IMG/VR virus record: IMGVR_UViG_3300002835_007718 | Location: 1 to 64,000 of that record | Source of the DNA: a virus | DNA length: 64,000 nucleotides | Strand: one strand, 5' to 3' | In this document: in pieces, positions 46,602 to 57,090 of the stretch | Layout of the letters: every line of letters starts with the position of its first letter | Numbering within the stretch: position 1 is the first letter of the stretch | The notes under the pieces: generated by a model | The model's database searches: none | What the model saw: only the letters and a program-made list of their open reading frames with translations | Told to the model about the DNA's origin: nothing | Program-made: the position numbers and the translations under genes

Positions 46602-47700
46602 AGTTTAGTGCTTTAGCGTGTAATTCATTACACAAATTTCCAGTATCACAATATGCGTTATTTTCAATTAAAAATGAATAATCAGGAAAAGGGTTTTTAC
46701 GAGATGGGTTTACTAAAATAGATGTAATATTTAACATATTTCTATACTGACCTAGTTGTTCGTAGTAATTAACCAATGATAAGTAATGTTCATTTCTATA
46801 TGGATTAAATTCAGTAGCTTTTGTGTAATAAAATAAAGCGTTGTCAACCTCACCTAAAAATTGATATGCATTTGCTACAAGCATCATAGCATAGTATCCC
46901 ATATCATCCATTTTTTTTGGATGATGTTGTTTGAACCAATCGTGATTTTGATTTAAATACATTTCATAATAAAAAATACATCTACGGGCGTATTCTCTAG
47001 CGTGATGTTCTCCAAATGGTAGATTTTTAACATCATTGTAACCATCATTATATGACTTCGCGATATACCATAAATGATATGAATCCTCAAGCACTTTATT
47101 ACTTGGAACTTTATCCAATTCTAATGTTAAAGCATCAGTAATAAATTTCATAGGGGCAAACCAAGTTTCACCATCGTTTGTAATAATTTGCCTAAATGAT
47201 TTCGGTAATGGTAATCTCTGAAAATCTTCGCCAACATCAGGTAACCAAATTGTTTCATGTCGCTTATCATGTTGAAAATACCATGGAAGTTTTGCATTCC
47301 ACATCCAAGTTCGGAAATATAATGAGTTACCAGGATCAGCTACAATATTCCATGATTGAACCGATGTATCATTTAGAATAGACCAATCAAAATTAACATC
47401 AACTTGTAATTGTTCATCAGCATCCATACGAAGAATCCAATCACACCCATGATTTGCTTTTAAACAAGTTTGTAAAGTGTGGTCACGATTCCAACCTGGA
47501 TATTCCCATTTAGTTTCGTAAGTAAAGCCAGAAATACCACGACTCTGAAAAAACTCGTCAATGATATTTCTGGTATTATCGTTACCATTACATTGAATTA
47601 CATAGTAATCAATATAATCTACAACTGATTGTAACATTCGTGTAATTGTTGCTTCTTCGTTTCCGACCATTGCATTTACACATATTTTTGTTTGTTTCAT
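46585..47700 (-). CDS. GT2 glycosyltransferase with C-terminal TPR-like helices
   Basis: MVGNEE..I.R.L.SV, WILRMDADE, HE; helical C-terminus. Confidence 0.82.
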   Translation of the reverse strand: MKQTKICVNAMVGNEEATITRMLQSVVDYIDYYVIQCNGNDNTRNIIDEFFQSRGISGFTYETKWEYPGWNRDHTLQTCLKANHGCDWILRMDADEQLQVDVNFDWSILNDTSVQSWNIVADPGNSLYFRTWMWNAKLPWYFQHDKRHETIWLPDVGEDFQRLPLPKSFRQIITNDGETWFAPMKFITDALTLELDKVPSNKVLEDSYHLWYIAKSYNDGYNDVKNLPFGEHHAREYARRCIFYYEMYLNQNHDWFKQHHPKKMDDMGYYAMMLVANAYQFLGEVDNALFYYTKATEFNPYRNEHYLSLVNYYEQLGQYRNMLNITSILVNPSRKNPFPDYSFLIENNAYCDTGNLCNELHAKALNYVNNL

Positions 47701-47716
47701 AACTTTTTATTTTTGT

Positions 47717-49504
47717 TTATCCATCACAACTTAAACAATCAGGATCAGTAGCTTTTGTAGCAATATCACCACGAAGAACTGATTCTGTTCTCATATAATA
47801 AAGGGTTTTAATACCCAACTTCCATGCTTCCATGTGAACTTGATTAATCCACTTTGGAGTTGCTTGAGTTGGAAACGCCAAGTTTAACGAAACTGATTGG
47901 TCAACATATTGTTGTCTAATACCAGCTTGTCTTACCAACTCCAACTGATTGATTTCTTTAAAGGTTTTGTAAATATTCTTAACCCAATCAATTTCATTGT
48001 TTTTAAAATTAGATTCAGTCATCTCCGAACGATTGGTTAATTTACCATTTAAATACCCCCAATTATCCAACTCATCAATACCTTGAACCGACCCACCATC
48101 TGCCAGAATTTGTTCCCAAGTATCTTTGTTGTTAATTCCAAGTTTACGAAGCACTCGTTCCAATTCATTATTTTTACGAATAAATGTTCCTTTGGCAGTT
48201 TGTTCCGTAAATATGTTCGCAGCCCATGGTTCAATGCCTGGACTAATATTACCACTTAACTTTGAGTTTGATACCGTTGGAGCAATAGCCATTAAGTGTG
48301 TGTTTCTCATACCGGTTCCAACACACCATAGCGGTTCACCATATTCTTCAGCCATAGCGCGAGATGCTCTTTCAGCTTCAATTTTCATTTGAGAAAAAAT
48401 CTTACGAGTTTCAAATTGAGCAGGAAGACCTTCAAATGACATACCTTTTTGTTGTAAATAAGTGTGCCATCCAAGAACTCCAAGTCCAAGTGCTCTACCC
48501 TTTTCAGCAGAACGAACTGAATTTTCAAATCCTCTCATATTCTTGGCTCTTTGAATAAATTCTTCTAATACACCATCTAAAAACCAAGTTGCAGTATAGA
48601 TAAGGTCGGTATCTTTCCACTCGTCATATTTAGATAAGTTAATTGAAGACAAACAACATACAAATGAGTGTGATTCATCCGTATGAAGAGTGATTTCAGA
48701 ACAAATATTGGTCATAAAGACTTTTAATCCGTTTTGTTTGTAAGCTTCAGGATTAGTCTTGTTTACATTACCCTTAAACATAATATAAGGTTCGCCCGTA
48801 GCTTTTCTTTTTTGAAGAACCTTACCCCACTTCCGCCTTGCTTCAGCGTCACCTTCTTCAAGTTTTCTCATAAATTTATCACCAATAACAACACATTGGT
48901 GAAGATTAAGTGATTGTCGGTTTACATCACCCTTTGGTTCACGAATTTCAATCCATTGGTCAAAATCACCATGGTCAATGTTTAAATTTACTGAAGCAGC
49001 CCCTCTACGAACCGAACCTTGGTTTGTGGCAAGAATAGTTGAATCATAAATTTTAGCAAATGGAACCACACCATCAGATGTGCCATTGCCAGTAATTTTA
49101 CTACCAGCCGCTCTAATCATATTGATGCCAATACCAACACCACCACCATGTTTGGCAAGTAGCATCATTTCAAGGTTTTTTGTTCCAATCTCTTGAATAG
49201 AATCACCAACATCAATACCAAAACATGATATTGGTAAACCTCTATCAGTACCCGTGTTTGATAATACAGGAGTAGCAAGGTTAAGCCAACCTCTCCATAT
49301 ATAATCAAAAAACTTACTAGCAAGATGTGGTTTTCCTAATCTCCTAGCGACTGCGGTTGAAACTCTCCAATAAGCATCTTTAGGCGTTTCTCCTGCCAAA
49401 AGGTATCCTTTAGAAATAGTTTTAGTATAAATTTCCGTGTTGCCCCAAACTGGAAAATCGACTCCGATTTCCCACCCAAGGTCTTCTCCATAATTTTTTG
49501 CCAT
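47717..49504 (-). CDS. nrdA: Class I ribonucleotide reductase alpha subunit (no ATP cone)
   Basis: PISCF, GGGVG, TNICSEI, VCCLSS, APTVS, KTLYY, C-terminal CLSCDG. Confidence 0.96.
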   Translation of the reverse strand: MAKNYGEDLGWEIGVDFPVWGNTEIYTKTISKGYLLAGETPKDAYWRVSTAVARRLGKPHLASKFFDYIWRGWLNLATPVLSNTGTDRGLPISCFGIDVGDSIQEIGTKNLEMMLLAKHGGGVGIGINMIRAAGSKITGNGTSDGVVPFAKIYDSTILATNQGSVRRGAASVNLNIDHGDFDQWIEIREPKGDVNRQSLNLHQCVVIGDKFMRKLEEGDAEARRKWGKVLQKRKATGEPYIMFKGNVNKTNPEAYKQNGLKVFMTNICSEITLHTDESHSFVCCLSSINLSKYDEWKDTDLIYTATWFLDGVLEEFIQRAKNMRGFENSVRSAEKGRALGLGVLGWHTYLQQKGMSFEGLPAQFETRKIFSQMKIEAERASRAMAEEYGEPLWCVGTGMRNTHLMAIAPTVSNSKLSGNISPGIEPWAANIFTEQTAKGTFIRKNNELERVLRKLGINNKDTWEQILADGGSVQGIDELDNWGYLNGKLTNRSEMTESNFKNNEIDWVKNIYKTFKEINQLELVRQAGIRQQYVDQSVSLNLAFPTQATPKWINQVHMEAWKLGIKTLYYMRTESVLRGDIATKATDPDCLSCDG

Positions 49505-49510
49505 AATTTA

Positions 49511-50506
49511 TTAAAATATATTTTCCCAATCTTCACCTTCGCCAGCCTTACTATAATCAGTAGGTCTAACTGCGAAAAAATCAGTATGTGTTGTTCCACC
49601 GGTTAAATGATAGAACCAACCCAATTCGTTAGCTGATTCTACATCAAAATCAAATAATTTTCCATCATACCCCAATTCGTTATACTTTTCATTAACTCTT
49701 CGTTTGATGAAGTTTTTAAGGTCGTCTTTTTTTAAGTTTTCAAGGTCACCCATTTCAAACATTTTATCAATGTAATTGAGTTCCAAGTCCAACATAATTT
49801 GTGCTGCTTCTTCAACAGCTGATTTAGCTTTTACTTTTAAATCTGGATATTCGTCACACATATGTCTGAAAAGTTGACATCCCATTTTTGAGTGTAGAGA
49901 TTCATCACGAACAGACCATTTCATTTGTTGGCCAATACCTTTTAAAAGATTTCTCATTTGAAAAGAATAGAGAACTGCAAACGATGAATACAAAGCAACA
50001 CCTTCTGCGAATGCGGAAAAAATAGCGAGTGAACGAGCCACTTCGGTTCGAGCTTCATCACTCCATGTTAAGTCTTCGTATGTGTAATTGTTAGATACAC
50101 CTGCTAGGTGTTCGAATCTTTCTGCGGTCGCAGGTTCATGTAAAAATGCGTTAAAATCATCTAAACCCAATGACTCGTTTAGATATGAATACGCTGTAGC
50201 GTGAATAGTTTCTTGTGAACCAAACATCATAGCCATGTGTTTGATTTCGTGTTTAGGAAACCAATTTGTAACCATTGTAGTCCAATAGTCTGAAACTGCA
50301 CATTCAGTTTGAGCAAATCCCAAAAGAATATTACCAACTAAGTTTTTTTCAGATATTGACAAATTTTCATTCCAATCTTTAATATCCCCTTGCATTGGTA
50401 TTTCAGTATGGAGCCAGAATGCTTGAGCTTGTTTTAACCAACCTTCGGTATAGTATTCTGGGTATTCAAAAGGTTTAAATGGGATGCGATTATCAAATAG
50501 GGACAT
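49511..50506 (-). CDS. nrdB: Ribonucleotide reductase beta subunit
   Basis: FWLHTE, ETIHATAY, EGVALYSSF, RDESLH, DFFA. Confidence 0.96.
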   Translation of the reverse strand: MSLFDNRIPFKPFEYPEYYTEGWLKQAQAFWLHTEIPMQGDIKDWNENLSISEKNLVGNILLGFAQTECAVSDYWTTMVTNWFPKHEIKHMAMMFGSQETIHATAYSYLNESLGLDDFNAFLHEPATAERFEHLAGVSNNYTYEDLTWSDEARTEVARSLAIFSAFAEGVALYSSFAVLYSFQMRNLLKGIGQQMKWSVRDESLHSKMGCQLFRHMCDEYPDLKVKAKSAVEEAAQIMLDLELNYIDKMFEMGDLENLKKDDLKNFIKRRVNEKYNELGYDGKLFDFDVESANELGWFYHLTGGTTHTDFFAVRPTDYSKAGEGEDWENIF

Positions 50507-50573
50507 ATAGTTTTTCCTGTAAATTGTTAGACATAAATTGAAAATAGGTGATTATAGATATTGTAAATTTAAA

Positions 50574-51932
50574 TTAAAATCCAATGTCCCCCTTCATTTC
50601 TTTATATTTTTGAGCAAGTTCTTTTCTTACTAAACTCTCCCCACTTTTCATGTCTTTTTTCGTTTGTATACCATTAATGGAATCATCGTTATATATGTGA
50701 ATTTGACCAGTTGAAAAGTTTGCTTTAGATGGAAATGTCATACCATCGGGGCCAAACCGATTTTTTATAACGTGCCATCGGCCAGTTCCAGCAAGTTTAT
50801 CTTCAATTTTACGAGAAAGTGATACAACAAAGTCAGCGGTCATCATTTTAGAAAATGAACCTGCAATCTTTACACCTGTAATAACATCATCTTCTGCGCC
50901 ACTACGATTAATTTGAGATGCGGTATAAACAGGTACTTCGTATTCACCAGCCATACCACGAAGGTCTTCAATAATTTCTTCTAACTCTTCGTGTCTTTTT
51001 TCTTTTGCAGGTCCTCGTAACAAATCAGCATAATCAACAATTACAACATCCGGCTTTTTACCTTGTAAAATCATTTTGTCCATATGCGCTTTTAAAGAAG
51101 TAACACCTGCGGTTTTCGTTGGATAGTGTTTTATAATAAGGTCACCTTTTACTCCTTGAATTGACTTTTTAACATCATCCATATTGTATTTTAAATTAGC
51201 GACCGCGATACCACTTAAAACAGCATCATAACGTTGACCCACATATCCATCATTTAATTCTAAAGTGTAATGAGCTACAATTTTACCTTGTTTCATCGCG
51301 GCAACTCCAATATTGATTAAAGACCATGATTTACCAATACCCGGTGGAGCTGCAAACAAAACTAATTCACCTTTACCAAACCCACCCTGCGTTGCTTCAT
51401 CAATAACATCCCAACCAGTTGAAACTACATTACGAACTGAATCTTCATATCGCTCGGTAATCATGGTTTTGTATTCATGCCCTAAATCCGAATCTTGGCC
51501 AGATTTCATAGCAGCATCAATCTTCTTTTTAATTACATCATACTTACCATCCTCTAAAAGTGTTACCGAATCAAGAATTGCGTTTTTAATTGATTGATTT
51601 TTACAAAAGTCAAGAACTTGTTCTTTTACATATTGTAAATCGTCACTTTCAAGGTGATTCCACGCGTATTTAAGAGTGTCAATTACGGAAGTTTTAAGAA
51701 CATCACGGTCAATACTATTAATTTTAACTTTGAGGACATCTAATGTCGGCATTTTTTCATATTGGTCAAAATACTGAAGAACTGATTTAACCAACCACTC
51801 CGATGCTTCGGAGTCAAAATATTCTGGCTTAATAATATCATAGACTTGCCGTGTAAATGGCTTATCTGATATTAACGCAGATATTACTTTGTGTTGAAAT
51901 GTGGTATTGAATTTACTTCCGAACTTTTCCAT
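50574..51932 (-). CDS. Replicative helicase (DnaB/gp41-like)
   Basis: APPGIGKS, TLEL, IVDYADL, TASQINR, KNRFG. Confidence 0.93.
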   Translation of the reverse strand: MEKFGSKFNTTFQHKVISALISDKPFTRQVYDIIKPEYFDSEASEWLVKSVLQYFDQYEKMPTLDVLKVKINSIDRDVLKTSVIDTLKYAWNHLESDDLQYVKEQVLDFCKNQSIKNAILDSVTLLEDGKYDVIKKKIDAAMKSGQDSDLGHEYKTMITERYEDSVRNVVSTGWDVIDEATQGGFGKGELVLFAAPPGIGKSWSLINIGVAAMKQGKIVAHYTLELNDGYVGQRYDAVLSGIAVANLKYNMDDVKKSIQGVKGDLIIKHYPTKTAGVTSLKAHMDKMILQGKKPDVVIVDYADLLRGPAKEKRHEELEEIIEDLRGMAGEYEVPVYTASQINRSGAEDDVITGVKIAGSFSKMMTADFVVSLSRKIEDKLAGTGRWHVIKNRFGPDGMTFPSKANFSTGQIHIYNDDSINGIQTKKDMKSGESLVRKELAQKYKEMKGDIGF

Positions 51933-51939
51933 ATGACTA

Positions 51940-51970
51940 CAAATATACAACTTTATTTTAAGATATCAAA
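51940..51970 (-). promoter_or_regulatory. Bacteroidota-type promoter
   Basis: TTTG-N19-TATATTTG, 7 nt before MEKF. Confidence 0.65.
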
Positions 51971-53008
51971 ATGCGTTTTTAAATTATTTTCTAAAGATGT
52001 AAATGAGTTTCGTAGCCACGAATCAACATTAGCAAACGTAGTATAAAGTTTGTCATACATGAACATTTTTTTAAATTCTACCAAATCCAATTGAGGTCGG
52101 TGAGAATCCATAAGAGTTCTTATATTTGAAGTAATGGATGATGATATTTCGGGATTTTTTAATTGCATCAATCTATAATTTATTTCAATAGTTTTAGAAT
52201 TTTCAATTAACTTTTGAGACAATTTAGAATCACATTCTGTTTTAATTTTAGACATAAACGTATCTAAATCAAACTCACCTTCATTCAAAAATGACATTTT
52301 ACTATGAATTGTTTTTTCTCCAATACCACGAACCCCATCAATATTATCAGACTTATCGCCTGTAATAACACGATAGAAAACAAGATTTTGTGGGATTACA
52401 CCATATTCTTCTTTTACAAGCGATTCATCATACATTTTCTTTTTTGTAGTTGCCCACACTTTAATACGAGGGTTTACCAACTGAAGAAAGTCTTTATCAG
52501 ATGAAACAATTGTAACTTCTTTTTTAAAATAATGATTAGCAAGATATGCAATAATATCGTCAGCCTCTACATAATCAATATAAGTAAGAGATATTGGTAA
52601 CACTTTAAGATATTCAATTAATCTAGCAAATTGCTTTTTCATTGATTCTTGTTGGTCTTCTAAATCCTCATAACCAGCTAATCGGTTAATTTTAGTTAAA
52701 CCAGTTCTACCTTCTTTATATTCCTTATAATAACTTTTTCTACGATTAGACCCACCCTTACCATCAAATACTATAATAACACGAGTTGGTTTTAATGTTC
52801 TGATAGTTGCGGCGGTGGACAGTAAAAATCCTGTCACACCACCACAATGTTCACCATCATCATTTAAGGCTGGAACTGCCCCAAAAACACGAATGAATTG
52901 ATTTAATCCATCTACAATTAGAACATGGTCATTAAGTTCTTCATTTCGAATTTCGGTATGTTCTTTTTTTACCTCTTTAAGGAGTTCCTTATACCTATTA
53001 ATCATCAA
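51953..53008 (-). CDS. 5'-3' exonuclease / flap endonuclease (T4 RNase H, PolI N-terminal-like)
   Basis: IVDG.N, VFDG, YK.GR, EADD, SSDKDF.QL, GDKSDNI.GV.GIGEKT. Confidence 0.94.
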   Translation of the reverse strand: MMINRYKELLKEVKKEHTEIRNEELNDHVLIVDGLNQFIRVFGAVPALNDDGEHCGGVTGFLLSTAATIRTLKPTRVIIVFDGKGGSNRRKSYYKEYKEGRTGLTKINRLAGYEDLEDQQESMKKQFARLIEYLKVLPISLTYIDYVEADDIIAYLANHYFKKEVTIVSSDKDFLQLVNPRIKVWATTKKKMYDESLVKEEYGVIPQNLVFYRVITGDKSDNIDGVRGIGEKTIHSKMSFLNEGEFDLDTFMSKIKTECDSKLSQKLIENSKTIEINYRLMQLKNPEISSSITSNIRTLMDSHRPQLDLVEFKKMFMYDKLYTTFANVDSWLRNSFTSLENNLKTHFDILK

Positions 53009-54134
53009 AATCAGTTAATTCAACATTATCAATGTTTGATTCAGCACTTGATTCTTTATAAGACATAATATATGTTTTACAAATGTCGTTATAGATAGTT
53101 TCTTTCATTTCGGGTCGATTTAATAAAATCTCTTCAAAATTTTTGGCTTGAAATTTAATTTCTTCACCAGTTTCAACATCTACATAAGTATACCAAGCCC
53201 CACTCTGACTTACAAGTTTGTAGGTCTTCATCATTTCCAACCAAGAACCATAATTATCAATACCACTATCAAAATAGATATCATAATCAATAGAACGGAG
53301 CGGCGGCCCCATACGATTTTTAATAACTTGAGCACGCGTCTTAATACCTACTACTTGCTCTACACCACCAATTTTTGATTTTAATTGACCCATTTGTTTC
53401 AATCGAATACGACATGATGAGTGGAATGCAATTGCTTTACCGCCACTTGTAGTCCACGGGTCTCCAAAAGATACACCCATACGGGTACGAAGTTGGTTTG
53501 TAAAGATAAGACAAATTCGTTCGCGGCCAATTAAGTTTGTAACTTTCCGCATTGCCTTAGAGATAATAATTGCTTTTTGAGTAGCATAACCAGCTTGGTC
53601 ATAATCAGCAGAAATCTCAACTTTTGTAGATGCGCCCGCAACGGAATCAACCACAATAGTAACTAATTTCTTTTTATCACCTTCAGCGGTGCGGATTGAC
53701 TCAATAATAGAGTCAATTGCTTCAAAGATGTCTTCCACAGTTTCCAATGGAACATATAACATCTTTTTAATGTCAACGCCGATGGCCATCAGAAAGTCCT
53801 GATTCATTGCGTTTTCGGTGTCAATGTAAACTCCAAAGCCACCTTTCTTTTGCGTGTCAGCAATAGCGTGAGCTGCGAGTAATGATTTACCACTTCCTTC
53901 TAAGCCTGTAATCTCCGTGATACGACCCACAGGCAAACCGCCATTGGGGCGGTTTGCAATTGCGAGGTCTAACATTGGGGAGCCGGTAGATACCCATTCA
54001 TCCAAATCGGTGGGTGTTTGTTCCGACCCATCCAAGAAAAACGCTACCTTATGGGCAGTTTTGAATTTCTTGTTGAGATTATTAGCCAGAATGGAAGATA
54101 GTTCATCGCGAGATGATTCTACTTTCTTAGCCAT
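52998..54134 (-). CDS. recA: RecA/UvsX recombinase
   Basis: STGS..LD, GGLPVGRITEI.GLEGSGKS, DSVA, NQLR, GGKA..F. Confidence 0.95.
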   Translation of the reverse strand: MAKKVESSRDELSSILANNLNKKFKTAHKVAFFLDGSEQTPTDLDEWVSTGSPMLDLAIANRPNGGLPVGRITEITGLEGSGKSLLAAHAIADTQKKGGFGVYIDTENAMNQDFLMAIGVDIKKMLYVPLETVEDIFEAIDSIIESIRTAEGDKKKLVTIVVDSVAGASTKVEISADYDQAGYATQKAIIISKAMRKVTNLIGRERICLIFTNQLRTRMGVSFGDPWTTSGGKAIAFHSSCRIRLKQMGQLKSKIGGVEQVVGIKTRAQVIKNRMGPPLRSIDYDIYFDSGIDNYGSWLEMMKTYKLVSQSGAWYTYVDVETGEEIKFQAKNFEEILLNRPEMKETIYNDICKTYIMSYKESSAESNIDNVELTDFDD

Positions 54135-54139
54135 AAATT

Positions 54140-54904
54140 TTAATTATCGTTGAAAAGGTCTTCGAACGCGTCTTTCACACTTGCGCCAGGAGATGAGGTG
54201 GTTGTAACAGCGGTGGTGTCGGCGGTAGATACTTCTTTAGAATCTTCTACTTTACCAGTTTCCAACCATTGCTCTAACATACCTTGCATTTCATCATAGG
54301 AAGCACGTTTAAACATTGTAGACAAATCAATTTGTTCCTTTGTCAAGTTCAAAATATTTTTGTCCTCTGAAATAGAGGTTTGACTTGGTTTTACACGAAT
54401 GTAAGTTTCAGGATAAGATTTGCCAACTTCAGCAGCAGTTTTAAATTCTACTGTGATGTCACGACCACCTACTGGGTCAGTTAAATCACCATAATCAGGA
54501 TCAGCAAAAAACCCAAGAAGTTCTTGATAAACATTTTTACCAAACCCCCAAAATTTAACACCTTCAGATTCTTCACCACGAACCAAGATAGGAACATAGG
54601 TGCGCATTTTTGGTGTCAATTGACGAGATAGTTGGTAATCATCACGATTACCAGTTGCCTTCAACTTTTCAGCAAACTCCACAAGTGGGTCAGCCTCACC
54701 AAAAGATATTGGAGAGATGATGTTTTTACCACCAAAGTCAAAATGGAAGTAAAGTTCAATAAATGGGTTGTTGGGATTGTGGACATAAGGAATAATCCTT
54801 ACTTGCTGCTTACCCGGAGTGGGTTTCCACAAATTGTCAGTCTTTGTTACTTTTGTCTGAAGAGTATTCAGACGATTGCGAATTGCGTTTAAGTCAATAG
54901 CCAT
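54140..54904 (-). CDS. Single-stranded DNA-binding protein (gp32-like)
   Basis: WKP..G...VRIIP, VKFWGFGK, D...GRD, acidic tail FEDLFNDN; next to recA. Confidence 0.85.
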   Translation of the reverse strand: MAIDLNAIRNRLNTLQTKVTKTDNLWKPTPGKQQVRIIPYVHNPNNPFIELYFHFDFGGKNIISPISFGEADPLVEFAEKLKATGNRDDYQLSRQLTPKMRTYVPILVRGEESEGVKFWGFGKNVYQELLGFFADPDYGDLTDPVGGRDITVEFKTAAEVGKSYPETYIRVKPSQTSISEDKNILNLTKEQIDLSTMFKRASYDEMQGMLEQWLETGKVEDSKEVSTADTTAVTTTSSPGASVKDAFEDLFNDN

Positions 54905-54943
54905 AGTTTTCTTTTTTTTAATTGTTAATTGTTAAACTTGTCA

Positions 54944-54975
54944 CTAATATACAACATCTGGGTGACAATTCCAAA
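54944..54975 (-). promoter_or_regulatory. Bacteroidota-type promoter for the ssb-recA operon
   Basis: TTTG-N20-TATATTAG. Confidence 0.65.
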
Positions 54976-55039
54976 TGTATTTCAAAAATTTTTTAATTTT
55001 TAGTTTTGTGGTATTACCCACTTGTATAAATATGTAAAA

Positions 55040-55429
55040 TTATTTATTGACATCAACAATTTTAAATAAAGATGTTTTCATAATTTTATATCCGTTTCCA
55101 TTGGTTAGAATAAGCGTATTTTGATACTGGTTCCAATTTATCTGATATTCTTTATCCACAATCCCACCATTTAATGAACTAATCAAAGAATTTAAAGCGT
55201 TGATTGTATACATGGTGTTTGATTCTTTTTTTCTATGAACCATAATAGTTTCAGGAAGAAATTGATGACTATTATTAGCAACAATATTATAACTCACAAC
55301 CAATTCGTTAGAAGGTTCTAATTTTAAAATAAAAATTTTACGACTAAAAAGTTCGTATTTAAATACCTTTTCAATAATTGATTCAAATGATTCTTCATTT
55401 GTAAAGGTGCATAACAATTGTGTTTTCAC
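55040..55429 (-). CDS. Conserved hypothetical protein
   Basis: LLCTF, HRKKESNTMYTINALN. Confidence 0.6.
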   Translation of the reverse strand: MKTQLLCTFTNEESFESIIEKVFKYELFSRKIFILKLEPSNELVVSYNIVANNSHQFLPETIMVHRKKESNTMYTINALNSLISSLNGGIVDKEYQINWNQYQNTLILTNGNGYKIMKTSLFKIVDVNK

Positions 55430-55443
55430 TCATTTCTCCGTAA

Positions 55444-57078
55444 TTATTTTGTTCTATGTCTAAATAGTATTTTGGGCGAACCCTTATCTTCAGTTTTCAT
55501 ATCTACTTGTAAGAATGATTTATCTTTACCACCCATATTGATTACAAGTTTTACACCATCGAATTTTACTCCAAATGGTGGTGTTGGATTACAATAATGG
55601 TCAGGTGATTTCATTTGGACATCGCCTGTTTTTTTATTAATTACCTGCGTGTGAACATTCTGACCACATCCGTGAACATCCTTCCACATATCAGTTAATT
55701 TTTGCTGACCTTCTTTACTCTTTGATAGTTCTTCCATTTTGGATGAGAACTCACCAAGGTATGCTTGTTTTAAGTTTTTCTTTTGTTCAGCCTTTTCTTG
55801 GTCTGACATACTATCATTCCAAGCATACTTCTTTCTTAACTCACCAACTTTAGCATCAAGGTCTTTACCAATTTCACCCAAGTATGTAGCCCCAGCGTTA
55901 TTAACGCCTGCGTTTTTCATTGTGATGTTTTTAGGGTCAGTATATGTTTTTGCGGAAATCTTCATAATTTGGTCGTTTCCATCTTTGTCTTTATACTGAA
56001 TAATCAAATCCGTTGGGTCTACTTTTGGGTCAATACCCAATTTAGCCAATGCAGTTTTACCCACACCACCCACTTGTTGAGCACCTGTAATTTGTGAGCC
56101 CTCTGGTAATGACGCTTTCATTATATCAGCAGCCTTTTTGTTGATTGCGTCAAATTTAGCCTCATCACCACCCAAATCTTTTAGAGTTTTTTGAGTAGAC
56201 TCATATGCAGCTTTGTTTTCATCCGATGGGAACAAATATGATACAACACCTGACTCGTTGTGTTTACCACTCATATCAGCCAGAGCTCGGTCTTTGGCGC
56301 CACCTCTCATAGGGACATCAATACCTTCTTCTTGAATGATTTTGTTCATTTCTTCACTTACGGATGTTCCACTTGCACCTGTGAGGTGCTTGTAAGGTAA
56401 AGCGCTGTTTGGTGATAGATAAATCTTCTTACCACCAGCGTGTCCTTCAATTAAATTATTGTCAGCCAACTCACGAACAGCTTGAACTCGTTCTTCACGA
56501 GTTTTTGCATTTACAAATTGGTCCCAATTTTGTTTTAAAACTTCAGCTCTTTGTAAAGTGTTTTCATCTTGACCAGCCAATAACTCATCTACTTTATTCA
56601 ATTTAGCTTGTTCCGACTTTACAGTTGCTGATGGAAATTGTTTTACTTCACCTTCCGGCTTATCTTGTTTTTCTTTTTGGGCCTTTTCAATTTCATCTTT
56701 ACTTGGTGCAACGTGGGTTTCAGGATTTGGTTTTTTAACCGTGTATATGTTACCCGACTTTTTGTTTTTTACCCAACTATCCTCATCAAGGTTTTTTTCT
56801 TTGTTATGTAACTTATCTTTTTCAAGTTGAGTCATCATTCCCATCATGTCGTCTTCAAGTTCTTTTTCGGCAGGAGCTTCTTCTTTTTTAGAATCAGTTG
56901 GACTACCACCTTCTAAAATAGCCAATGCTATTTCTTTAGCTTGCTTTTCATCAAATTCTTCTAATAAAATTGAATATAACCCAGCAATTGACCTTTCGCT
57001 CAACGGATTGCTGTAAAGTTCGTATCCGACTTCATTCCACCATTTTTTTGAAATACGTTCAATGAGGAGTTTTTTCAT
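55444..57078 (-). CDS. Large protein with C-terminal PD-(D/E)xK-like nuclease domain
   Basis: HNESG, DPTDLII...KISAK; charged N-terminal modules. Confidence 0.5.
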   Translation of the reverse strand: MKKLLIERISKKWWNEVGYELYSNPLSERSIAGLYSILLEEFDEKQAKEIALAILEGGSPTDSKKEEAPAEKELEDDMMGMMTQLEKDKLHNKEKNLDEDSWVKNKKSGNIYTVKKPNPETHVAPSKDEIEKAQKEKQDKPEGEVKQFPSATVKSEQAKLNKVDELLAGQDENTLQRAEVLKQNWDQFVNAKTREERVQAVRELADNNLIEGHAGGKKIYLSPNSALPYKHLTGASGTSVSEEMNKIIQEEGIDVPMRGGAKDRALADMSGKHNESGVVSYLFPSDENKAAYESTQKTLKDLGGDEAKFDAINKKAADIMKASLPEGSQITGAQQVGGVGKTALAKLGIDPKVDPTDLIIQYKDKDGNDQIMKISAKTYTDPKNITMKNAGVNNAGATYLGEIGKDLDAKVGELRKKYAWNDSMSDQEKAEQKKNLKQAYLGEFSSKMEELSKSKEGQQKLTDMWKDVHGCGQNVHTQVINKKTGDVQMKSPDHYCNPTPPFGVKFDGVKLVINMGGKDKSFLQVDMKTEDKGSPKILFRHRTK

Positions 57079-57090
57079 AAATATAAATAG

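Noticed and set aside
37705-54134. Introns or inteins in polB, nrdA, nrdB, helicase or recA
   Set aside because: Lengths are normal and the motifs are contiguous
54905-55040. tRNA or ncRNA in the larger intergenic gaps
   Set aside because: No cloverleaf or GTTCRA-type T-loop seen; the gaps are explained by promoter motifs
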